Shown here one piece after another: positions 1 to 10,807 of a DNA stretch of 64,000 nt (position 1 is the first letter of the stretch; each line of letters begins with the position of its first letter). The notes below the pieces were generated by a model, which ran no database searches, was not told the DNA's origin, and was given only the letters and a program-made list of their open reading frames with translations. Location: NCBI GenBank assembly GCA_040954595.2, contig CM082577.2, positions 3,656,205 through 3,720,204 on the forward strand, in the 5' to 3' direction. A program made the translations under genes and the position numbers. The stretch is from Balanoglossus misakiensis (taxonomy: Eukaryota > Animalia > Hemichordata).

Positions 1-1690
1 GGACAGGTTTAGTTCGGTAATTAAAGCCGCAGGACGGGTTCAGCTCCGTAATTTTGGCCGAAGGAAAGCGAAGGACACTGATTTTTCCATATTTTAGTGC
101 GAAGGACACGGTTTTCTGTATGCTAGAGGCCGAAGGACAGGTTTAGCTCAGTAATTAAAGCCAAAGGACGGGTGTAGCTCCTTAATTTTTGCCGAAGGAA
201 ACCGAAGGACGCTGATTTATCCCTATTTTAGTGCGAAGGACGTGGTTTTCTGTATGCTGGTGGCCGAAGGACAGGAGTAGCTCAGTAATTTAGGGCGAAG
301 GAAACCGAAGGACGCTGATTTATCCCTATTTTCGGCCGAAGGACGAGGTTTTCTGTATGCTAGAGGCCGAAGGACAAGTGTAGCTCAGTAATTTAGGGCG
401 AAGGAAACCGAAGGACGCTGATTTATCCCTATTTTAGTGCGAAGGACGAGGTTTTCTGTATGCTAGAGGCCGAAGGACAAGTGTAGCTCAGTAATTTAGG
501 GCGAAGGAAACCGAAGGACGCTGATTTATCCCTATTTTAGTGCGAAGGACGAGGTTTTCTGTATGCTGGTGGCCGAAGGACTGGTTTAGCTTCGAATTAA
601 ACGCCGAAGGACGGGTGTAGCTCCTTAATTTTTGCCGAAGGAAACCGAAGGACGCTGATTTATCCGTATTTTAGTGCGAAGGACGTGGTTTTCTGTATGC
701 TGGTGGCCGAAGGACTGGTTTAGCTTCGAATTAAACGCCGAAGGACGGATGTAGCTCCGTAATTTAGGCCGAAGGAAAGCGAAGGACGCTCATATCTCCA
801 TATTTTAGGGCGAAGGGAAGCCAGTAAGGTGCGGAATTGTGTTTTATCGTTTTTAGAAAGTTTAGCTACAAGTGTAGAAAGCTAAATTAGCTGTAGCTAA
901 ATAGTTCTAAACTATCTAAGTTTTAAGGATAATTATCACTACGATAATTATCGCTTTCTAAATATCGTTCTAAATTTATAAATTAGCCACAGTTTAGAAA
1001 GCCCCCCCCCCCCCGACTAAAATTTTCTGCCGACGATATAAGTGCTGTATTTCCATTCCAATATTTGCGGAATTTTCATCTATGATTTCAATTGGTGCAT
1101 TTCAATTTCAATATTTGCGGACGGGAGAATGTTGGGAATCGTTTATTGCCCAAATCAAGCCTTATCTCAAAACTCCTCTCAGTTTATTGAGATATGGGCT
1201 TCGTTTGTATGACACCATTGTTCTGTGCAACGACTGAAGTCTCAGGTTAATCAATGTCTTAACACCATTGTTCTACCATTATGAGGTGTTGTAAAATGTC
1301 AGAGTTAGAACTTCGACTATATATACTGTTAAAATAAAACAAAGATCACATTTGACTTCCCACCGAAGTACTGGCCATCCCGTCTCTCTCTTCATTCCAA
1401 GCCTACTTCCAAAGTGTACGCCGTACATTTGTAAACGCCCAAGTAGTCCAACTTTCTAAACTGCTGCTAGTTTAGAAAGTTTAGAACGATATTTAGAAAG
1501 TGATAATTATCTTGAAAAAAGCCGTGTTTATCATTATTAGCTAAATTAGCTTCCTTAGACAATACATGTAGTTTAGAAATGCCCCTTCAATAAGACCATG
1601 GACGTAAAAAGAGCATGATAAGACACAATTCCGCACCTAACTCAGGAAAGCGAAGGACAGTGATTCTCCATATTTTAGGGAGAAGGACAT
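1..1690 (+). repeat. Left arm of an inverted tandem-repeat array (134-bp and 103-bp units built from ~31-bp CGAAGGAC-anchored subunits), interrupted by a MITE at 828-1637; runs off the window start
   Basis: Recurrent (GC)CGAAGGAC motif about every 31 bp over 1-820, resuming at 1641-1690. Bases 1-180 are the reverse complement of about 2246-2425, including the rare variants GCCGCAGGAC and GCCAAAGGAC. Confidence 0.9.
828..1637. mobile_element. Non-autonomous TIR element (MITE), PIF/Harbinger-like
   Basis: TIR GGTGCGGAATTGTGTTTTATC starts at 828 and GATAAGACACAATTCCGCACC ends at 1637 (1 mismatch in 21). TAA lies on both sides (825-827, 1638-1640). An internal inverted subterminal repeat GATAATTATCGCTTTCTAAATATCGTTCTAAA is at ~943-974 and ~1480-1511. 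No ORF. Confidence 0.8.
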
Positions 1691-1695
1691 TAGTA

Positions 1696-1946
1696 TCCAT
1701 CTCTCTGTATCTCGGAATTAGGATATCAATAGTGTGATCTTGTGTTGAGATCGTTTTTTGTCAGTTGTTTTTCATTTCCAGTTCATGGAACGTAATGTCG
1801 GCTATTCCCGGTGAAGCATTTGAGCCCACGGTACAACTGCATGTTTGCTTGTAGAATTTGTTGTTTAATTCAAAAGTATTGTTACGTAGAATTAGTGATA
1901 GCATTTCTATGAGGTATGTTTGTTTAGTTTTGTTTCGTGTAAACAT
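1696..1946 (-). pseudogene. Degenerate reverse-transcriptase fragment, Penelope-like element
   Basis: ORF 1761-1946 reads LILRNNTFELNNKFYKQTCSCTVGSNASPGIADITFHELE, resembling the PLE RT pattern 'L..N.F.F...FY.Q..G.AMGS..SP..A.I.M..LE'. A decayed RY..D-like motif follows past a stop near 1696-1715. Confidence 0.7.
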
Positions 1947-2038
1947 GACACTCTACTTAAGATCTCGACATTGATATCAGTAACTCTGGTCAGACGTGTA
2001 CTAGCTGACGCCAAGTCTCTGATAATCGTGAGAGAATC

Positions 2039-3211
2039 GTGTCCTTCGCCCTAAAATATGGAAATATGACTGTCCTTCCTTTTCCTTCGCCCTAAAAAAT
2101 GGAAATATGACTGTCCTTCGGTTTCCTTCGCCCTAAATTACTGAGCTACACTTGTCCTTCGGCCTCTAGCATACAGAAAACCTCGTCCTTCGGCCGAAAA
2201 TAGGGATAAATCAGCGTCCTTCGGTTTCCTTCGCCCTAAATTACTGAGCTACACCCGTCCTTTGGCTTTAATTACTGAGCTAAACCTGTCCTTCGGCCTC
2301 TAGCATACAGAAAACCGTGTCCTTCGCACTAAAATATGGAAAAATCAGTGTCCTTCGCTTTCCTTCGGCCAAAATTACGGAGCTGAACCCGTCCTGCGGC
2401 TTTAATTACCGAACTAAACCTGTCCTTCGGCCACCAGCATAATTAATTACCGAACTAAACCTATCCTTCGGCCCCCAGCATAGAGAAAACCACGTCCTTC
2501 GCACTAAAATACGGATAAATCAGCGTCCTTCGCTTTCCTTCGGCCAAAATTACGGAGCTACACCCGTCCTTCGGCGTTTAATTCGAAGCTAAACCAGTCC
2601 TTCGGCCTCTAGCATACAGAAAACCGTGTCCTTCGCACTAAAATATGGAAAAATCAGTGTCCTTCGGTTTCCTTCGGCCAAAATTACGGAGCTACACCCG
2701 TCCTTCGGCGTTTAATTCGAAGCTAAACCAGTCCTTCGGCCTCTAGCATACAGAAAACCGTGTCCTTCGCACTAAAATATGGAAAAATCAGTGTCCTTCG
2801 GTTTCCTTCGGCCAAAATTACGGAGCTACACCCGTCCTTAAGCTTTAATTACCGAACTAAACCAGTCCTTCGGCCCCCAGCATAGAGAAAACCACGTCCT
2901 TCGCACTAAAATACGGATAAATCAGCGTCCTTCGCTTTCCTTCGGCCAAAATTACGGAGCTACACCCGTCCTTCGGCGTTTAATTCGAAGCTAAACCAGT
3001 CCTTCGGCCTCTAGCATACAGAAAACCGTGTCCTTCGCACTAAAATATGGAAAAATCAGTGTCCTTCGGTTTCCTTCGGCCAAAATTACGGAGCTACACC
3101 CGTCCTTCGGCGTTTAATTCGAAGCTAAACCAGTCCTTCGGCCTCTAGCATACAGAAAACCGTGTCCTTCGCACTAAAATATGGAAAAATCAGTGTCCTT
3201 CGGTTTCCTTC
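2039..3211 (-). repeat. Right arm of the inverted tandem-repeat array (134-bp unit)
   Basis: GTCCTTCG recurs about every 31 bp. CGAAGCTAAACC occurs at 2584, 2718, 2986 and 3120 (period 134 = 4x31+10). Confidence 0.92.
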
Positions 3212-3224
3212 GTTTTAGGTTATG

Positions 3225-4305
3225 CTATATTTTTTTCATGTTTGTAAGCATAAAATCTAGTAACTGTCTCCTTTCGTCTTTGCCAATTCTCTTCTCGAGA
3301 AGAAGTGTTTGTTTGTACCAGCACGGTATATCAAAGTTTGTGTTTCGGCCAAGCCCTTTCTTTTCCATCAGTTCCTTGGCCTCTGCGACGTAGATGGCGG
3401 TGCACAAATCGGGGTTGTGGAGAAACTGGTAAAACACAACGCTCCCTTGTTGCAGCGCCCATTCTTTGATCGTCATCTTTCTGGCGTCACCCGCCTGGCA
3501 CACCTTGTCTTTCACTTCTTTCTTACAGTACGTGTAGGACGATATTGTCCGTTCGATGGGATGGCGCAGAATTGTGAAGTAAGAACAGGGCGATTGGATG
3601 AAATTGCACACGCCTAGCGAGAAGAGGCCAAAGTACGCCCTCTGTCGCGTGTGTTTCCCCGATTTGAAATCATTGAAGACTTGAACGTAGTTACTCAACC
3701 AAATGTACTGCGGCCTTTTCAGTCGCTTCTTTGCTGTAACATTTTCCAAACACCTGTTGGTCGTAGTCCCGGCCGATTTGGGAATGTGGACGAACACAAT
3801 CGCAGTATTTTCTCGGTAGAGTTCTCTCGTTTTCGCACCACCGTCACGGGCGAAGAAAAAGTTCGGAAGCATTTTCGTTGCATTTGACCAAGGAAAGAAC
3901 GTCGAGATAAAACCTTCCGTCCGATTAAGATCACTCACTGTCTGATCATTTTGTAAAATCGAGATATTTTCCGAACCGTCTGCATAAGTAGATATTTTCA
4001 GACTTTTCGGTTCGTAGCGCCTATGTTCGATTGTCCTGCAAAAATAAAGTTTACAAGATGTTAACAATTTGTACTTTTTATAGGCCTATGATGTTAGCAA
4101 CATCATTAAAATCCGTTTTATATTTATTAGAGGAGCTTGGCATTTTAGTGAGGTATATCGAAAGTGAAATTGAGATCGTGTAGGCCTATATTTACCTGGA
4201 AGGTATGTCCACTGATGCCATGTAAAAGATATTGATGACTCCGATTATCAGACAGAGAGGGATGACGACGGCTGCAAGTTTGGCGAGTCTGCTGATGTCC
4301 ATCAT
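3225..4305 (-). CDS. Golgi type II membrane sulfotransferase (Sulfotransfer_2/HS6ST-like), probably C-terminally truncated; 2 exons (4305-4196, 4035-3225)
   Basis: Exon 1 encodes a signal anchor MMDISRLAKLAAVVIPLCLIIGVINIFYMAS and joins exon 2 in frame across a GT-AG intron. PAPS motifs FVHIPKSAGTT and YFTILRHPIERTISSY are present. The ORF stops abruptly next to the repeat arm. Confidence 0.8.
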
Positions 4306-5671
4306 TCCAACTCCTTGACATGGTCGTCTCGATCGAGAACAGCATTCACTGGAAGACGCAAAATTCAAACAAACACGTTTCAGGTGCTATAATTCAGACT
4401 ATAAATCTCGCGATACATGGATCAATGAATATACTATTGTGGCTTTTTTGCTAGAAAGACCTGCATGTCGCAAGTTGCTGGGCATTTTTAATCAACTGGG
4501 TCTAATGTGAGGATTAGATTCTAAAGAAGATTACCATGATTACAGACTTAGGAATCCGATTAAACCCCAAAGTGTGCACAACGCAGAATTATCTGCATCT
4601 TCTTTGGTTCAGCCTCAATACAATCAGCGGACAATCGGGGTCTGTATCCACCAGGAATGCATATCAATAGGCACTCTTGGAGCTTTTCAAGCGATTCCGT
4701 GGCTATTTTCGTAACCCGAGAAGAAACATAATGCCCCATGCCCCTTGAGGTCTCTAGCTCACAGAAGAATTTTCTGAAGTGCGTTTGTCTAAATCTCTTG
4801 CATGGCGCCCTCTTTGAACCGTAAACAATCTCTTCAACTTGCTATTGTCTGACATGAACCAGTATTTTCCAACCAAACAATGAAACATGCATAAGCTAAA
4901 CTGTTGCGTTCTATTAAAACTACTGCCAGTATAAAACACGTGCATTTGGTTACCAGACACCGGTGTTATCATGTTATGTAATTCTGTATAACCGGTCATA
5001 TTCAATATTTCACAAGGACTGACAACAAAATAACAAACAGAGACTCAACAGTCAACGGTATGATATTGAATATTGATAGTGGTGACAGGTTGACTAGACA
5101 AAAAGGACTCTGTCACGAAACATACTGCCATGATCAAACACTCGTCATAATCTCAATACAGGTATGAGTCAAGTCGGAAAGAATCGAGACTGAAAATACC
5201 TTGTGTGAATCGTCACTGATCACGTAGACATTTCCTGCTTTCGCATTCGTGTAAAATGTTTGCTGTGTTACGTAACCACGCAATACCTGAGGTCAAACTC
5301 TTTTAAGACATACATGTATGAAAAATCACATTGCTTTTGGAATTTTTCAAGTATTTTCCTTTCGATGCCTCATAAATTGCATGATTTAATCACCACTCTT
5401 GGGGCATATGACGCTGAGGTAAAATTGATCGATGACAGGTCGATAATTATCTTCTTCAACCCTCTCCTGCTCTGCCGGTGTTTGTCCAGGGGTCACTGCA
5501 CATGCGTGGAGTTACGCACCTTGATCACCTGGACGGACTACCAGAAAGGCGTTATCATTTCTGCTGGTAGGAGAAAATTGTAGACCGCTGAAACTAATCT
5601 TGGGAGACTGGGAAGAAAAAAGTATACCGACAGAGCTTCTCGATGAAGACATTGGTAAGAAAGGTGCAGAG

Positions 5672-6886
5672 ATGATCGGGCGCCGTGGAAACACTCTTCG
5701 GGGTATTAGACACCACCTTCGAGTCCAACACAAGAAAGTTTTAACTCTGGTTGTGATCACCGCGGTCTATTTCGCATTTACTATCGTCGGTTCAAGGTTA
5801 GCAGCTGAACCCGATGACCCCGCCGCGGCCGGTGGTGCCCATTCCCCACCCCCTCGGGAGCTGCGGACGGCTGCCCAGCTGAACGCGGCCAGCAAAGAGT
5901 CGACTGTTCTGCCAGCGTTTCTGCCGCACCAGTCGAGGATAGACCGGGAGAGCTACGCCAGGGTGAAGTTCGGAGACTGGTGCTACTCGATGAATGAGAA
6001 AACCTTCACGCACCAAAGACCTCTCCCACCGGCGGAGCTGAAAGCGAAGAAATGTCACAAACGCCTCCCGGACGCCATAATTATCGGCGTCAAGAAATGC
6101 GGCACGGGGACACTGGTGCATTTTCTCAGCTACCACCCTTCCGTTGCCATGAAACACAACGACAGCATTGAACTTCATTTCTTTGACCTCCACCAAGATA
6201 AAGGTTACAGTTGGTACCGGGATCAACTGCTGTACACCACCACCCGACAGATAGTCGTCGAGAAATCGCCCCAGTACCTCACCTGGCCGCACGATTGTGC
6301 CAAGAAGGTCCATGACTACATATCGCCCAGAGCCAAAATCATCGTCGTCTTGTGCGACCCGGTTCGGCGAGCCGTCTCCGACTTCGTCTTTTCAACCGTC
6401 TTGCGACCAAAAGCTGACCCTCGCAGAAGGCGACACTACACGCTGAGCAAAACCTTCGAGAAGTCGGTCATCGACAACGAATTTTCCGCGAATTCGGTGA
6501 ATTTCTACAACGAAATGATCGACACCGGAATTTATGCAAAACACATCGTCCGATGGCTGGAATATTTCCCCAAGGAGCAGTTTTACGTTTTGGACGGCGG
6601 AAAGTTAAAACAGGACCCGTACACGGAAGTTCACAAAGTCGAGCGTTTTCTGGGCCTGCCAGAATTCTTTACAAGGGACCACTTTTATTTTGACGAAGTC
6701 AAACGCTTTTATTGCATGGCGTTTCCATACAGACACTGTATGGGTGGGACGAAAGGTTTGAGCCACCCCGAGGTTGACGAGGAGGTCCTTGATAAATTGT
6801 ACGAATTTTATCGACCATTTGACAAACTGTTGTCACAAATGTTCAACCGAACATTTTCGTGGATGAACGCATATGAGTTATTGTAG
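5672..6886 (+). CDS. Heparan sulfate glucosamine 3-O-sulfotransferase-like protein (single coding exon)
   Basis: N-terminal TM segment, then KRLPDAIIIGVKKCGT, ELHFFD, EKSPQY, DPVRRAVSD and C-terminal FYC...C.GGTKG.SHP, typical of HS3ST. The first ATG is at 5672; the ORF track starts at a TTG. Confidence 0.88.
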   Translation: MIGRRGNTLRGIRHHLRVQHKKVLTLVVITAVYFAFTIVGSRLAAEPDDPAAAGGAHSPPPRELRTAAQLNAASKESTVLPAFLPHQSRIDRESYARVKFGDWCYSMNEKTFTHQRPLPPAELKAKKCHKRLPDAIIIGVKKCGTGTLVHFLSYHPSVAMKHNDSIELHFFDLHQDKGYSWYRDQLLYTTTRQIVVEKSPQYLTWPHDCAKKVHDYISPRAKIIVVLCDPVRRAVSDFVFSTVLRPKADPRRRRHYTLSKTFEKSVIDNEFSANSVNFYNEMIDTGIYAKHIVRWLEYFPKEQFYVLDGGKLKQDPYTEVHKVERFLGLPEFFTRDHFYFDEVKRFYCMAFPYRHCMGGTKGLSHPEVDEEVLDKLYEFYRPFDKLLSQMFNRTFSWMNAYELL

Positions 6887-9531
6887 CCTGCAGAAGACCG
6901 GGGTTCATTCTGCGAGTTATGTCGGCTACACTTCGTTTTTAGCGGTTGTATATCCTTCAAGAAAGCAATTTTGTGGCTCACCCGCGTGGTTTTTGGTGCT
7001 ATTTTTTTTTCGTTTTTATTTATTTATTGTAGCTCGCACATTTCAAAATATCGATCTTTTGTGTGGATCGGATTTTATTTATTAGTTTGAATATGACTTT
7101 TCCCCATAAAAAGTAAAAGTTGTACTGAGGATTATGTCGCTAGCCAGACGCTAAACTATTCCCAGCCACATAAGTCTGTGGCACAACGAATTGTAATGTC
7201 CAGGCTCAGTTATCCCATTATAGAAAGCGGGACCAGACTTCTTTATCAACGCCGGAAACGCCAGAAATCAAAAACAAATTCAAAACGTTTATCGGCGAAT
7301 ATAGCGACTGAGTTTTACACTTTTGTTTCACACAATAGTACTACATTTTGATTGTCTTTTTTAAAGAAAGAAATGACAATAAACGTGTTTTTTTTCATCG
7401 TTGTTTAGGCCTATAGTGTTTTCGTAATGAAATTTCATTCACGGTACTGCTACAGTGCAGTACACCATTGAGCAAATGAATCAGTATTTTGAAGGCGTCT
7501 CCCGCTTTATATAAAACAGGTCTGTAGGCCTACTTGACTTAGCCAAATCCAGCAACACATGCAACTCATGTAGAAGATAAAACACTTCCCTGCAATCAAT
7601 TACTTACAAAGTGATAACAAGCGAAGTCTAGTCGGTTTCCCGGGTGATAGTATGCCCGTCCAGTTTGTTTTAAAATTCCATTCAACTGGAGATAAGCCGG
7701 GTATAATATACACGATAGCGTACTTAGCCAGGAATCGGTTAATTTTGCATTTTAACAGGACGTCCATGCTTCATAGACTTCCCCTTTTAGCGATTTTATG
7801 CTGACCGCGCCTAAACTTGAATTTCCGAGTCCCAGGGGCGACTATCGTTCCTTCTACACATTCATCACACATTTAAAATAAATTCCTGTTTGCAAAAGTA
7901 CACAACCGCGGCGTAATAAACGAGGAAAGCGGTATGCATTCAAAGGCGTGCGCTCTTTATCAACTATCTGAAGAAAATGCATGATAACATTCCCTCGAGG
8001 AAAATCTTGGAATTTTTTCAAAGGAACAATTATCGCGTCCGTTGTTTTGTTTCTTCTTCGAAATACTAGTACATGTACATCCAAGGTTGCAACAGGTTGT
8101 CAAACTAGGCTGGACACCATCTCAAGTGCTTATACTGTTAAAGATGCTGCAGTATCACGGGCGGGCCTAGATTGGTTGGGCAAGGACCCGATTCAGTCAA
8201 GTAAGTTCTAGCCGACATGGCATGAATATTTGCCGCTCTGTTGCAGCGGTATGTTTTCTGTGGTAATAGGCTATGACCCATAGCAGACTTTCAAGGGATA
8301 CTTCAATGACTGCTGTTTTTGTTGCCAGTATTGTCTCCGAGCTTGACAGGGGTAAGACCTCCGGACGGTGTACAACAAAGGTCTCTCAGTTTTCAGACCT
8401 GGTTTGTGTATACTTAAAAATCACGTACGGGAGGTTTGGCAACAGCACGTACTCATTGACCTCAAAATCTTTTCTCGCCAACATGACTGAAAGTCGTGTG
8501 CATTTGTCGGTTCTCGAATATCGACGAGTGCGTTGAAAAAAAAACTTGAAGTTGCACGGCGAAGGATAACTTGATAGTCTGGGATAATGCGGTGCAATAT
8601 GTGTAGTGTAAATATTTTTCTGATCACCCGATCTGTTCCAGGTTTATATAGAGACAATGACTGAAGAAGTATTTGATAAACTTGACTACTTTTCCGTTGA
8701 AAATGTTGAAAACGTTATGGCTTGATTCAATCATTCATTCACTAACTACTCAACTGTGGGCTGTGTGGCGTGGGGGCGCTGTTGGTCAAATTTCTGCCGT
8801 TCAAATTCTTGATTGTCCTGTATCAGCCTAGTCCTATATGATATGAGGAATAGTTACTTGGTATTATCATCATCAGGCACGCGACCATTTGCCGAAGAAT
8901 CTTAAAAGTATGCCCATGACGTCAGATATCGTGTAAAACTTAGCTTTGCCTATGGAATTATCATTAAAACACTCCTTTGAGGACTAGCAAAACTTTGATA
9001 CAAAACAAAATACAGAAATAAGGTAGGTAGGCCGGGAACTTCTTCCATTTTATATATTTTCCCAGTGGTTTCTTCACGCAGGAAAATAAAATAATATGAT
9101 TCTTGGCCCATCATCGTATTTTCCACGAATTGACGAAAACTTTCGGTTCATCAACAGGTATCGCTTGAGAAACCTGGAATTCTGGGTACTTTGGATAAGG
9201 TCAGTCACATGATGGCATCTCATGACCTCATGACGTCACCTTACGGCATTTCCCTGTTTGCAATCGACAGATCGTTACTGACGTTAGGACTGACAAAACG
9301 TTGTTGTTTTTATAAAGTTGAAGAATCGCACAGAAGATCATTAATACCTAAGGAGAACCAGGAATCAAGGTTCCAAATAGGACATCATTTTAATACTTCG
9401 GACGTTACCGTGCGAGTAAATAACCGTGTGTCCTTTTCCAGAGAGTGTAGAGCCATTAGTTGAAGTTGAAGAGAGTAACTTGTTTGTGTAGGAAACACTG
9501 ACTCTATATACGGCACGAAAATCTCCAAACC

Positions 9532-10807
9532 ATGTCGGAATACACTGACAAACCTCCTGCATATTCGCCGTCACCCTACCCAGGTAAGTGATGATGAAAG
9601 CGAACGTTGTACGGTTCTAGCAAAGTTGAAACATCCGCTACGTAGTGCACACCTTCAGCTCAGTGGTCACGGTCGTGAGAGCTGTGCGCGTGCACGTCAA
9701 CATTCCTTTTTGCCACATAACTCATTTTCATGTTGCTATGTTTCCTTGTTGGGGCCATACTGATACATGAAGAACCCGCACAAACCATGAATCTTGCAGG
9801 CATAAGATCTGCATTGGCAGAGATTTTCACTTGAGCAAAAAACTTGTGATATGCCTGACACATGTCATATAGTTAGACTGAATTTTGTTCTTGTCCTCTT
9901 GGCCAAAAATCGCTGTAGTCAAGTCTGGGAATATTTTTACCATTGCACCCCTACATGTATTACTTCGTCATCAGCATGTCTCTTATTAAACCTACCGGTA
10001 TTCTATACTAAACCTGGGATCAAGCTGAAGGGTATTGTCAATGATTAATCAGGCTGGCCTTCATTCATCAATAATCATTGTCAAGTCAACAATGTTTAAA
10101 AGGATACATCAGTATTGGCTTTACCCTTAGGTACATGGCTGTCCTTAAGGTGGGGTCACTCAGGGGGCAGGGGTAACCAAACATGTTGCCACCACAATCA
10201 TGTGAATTATGTTGCCGACAACAGTTGTGTGATGCAACCTTCATTTGGTGTAGTTTGGGGTCAAGGTTGCAGCATGCATCAGTCTGATTTCAGTGCTCAG
10301 TTAATTTTGCAGTTGAAATTCGTTCAGTACAGAATATTTTAGCTGTGTTCGGTTGTTTTTGCTCAAATCAATGGTTTTACATTTAGAGATTTAAATTTCA
10401 CTTTCACCCATGTGATTTTACGTCACGTAGACTCGGTTGTTTCACTGTACCGCTCACTCACACCCACTCACAACCATCGTGTCCTCTCTCTTCCAGATTA
10501 CCAACACCCACCACCGCAGAGTTACCAAGGAGGTGCCCCGCCCGGCTACAACACCGGCGCTCCACCCGGCTACCAACCGATACCCACGGCCGGCCAGTCG
10601 TACACCCAGACCACAGTGACCGTGCAACCGCAGACGACCCGAGTGGTGGTGGTTGGAGGGTGCCCGGCGTGTCGGGTGGGCGTTCTGGAAGACGACTTCA
10701 CCTGCCTCGGAGTGTGCTGTGCAATCCTGTTTTTCCCCCTTGGTATTCTGTGTTGCCTGGCCTTGAGGCAGAGGAGGTGTCCCAACTGTGGGGCTGTGTT
10801 TGGTTAA
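9532..10807 (+). CDS. BRI3: Brain protein I3 (BRI3); exons 9532-9583 and 10497-10807
   Basis: [11 protein letters not shown] splices to a Pro/Tyr/Gly-rich segment followed by [57 protein letters not shown] intron is in frame. Confidence 0.93.

Noticed and set aside
1-3211. CRISPR-like appearance (short conserved motif with ~23-bp variable spacers)
   Set aside because: The 'spacers' recur cyclically in a 134-bp higher-order unit, the context is eukaryotic, and there are no cas genes.
9204-9240. M-box/CLEAR-like GTCACATGAT and a CRE upstream of BRI3
   Set aside because: Plausible for a lysosomal gene, but such short motifs cannot be told from chance without conservation data.
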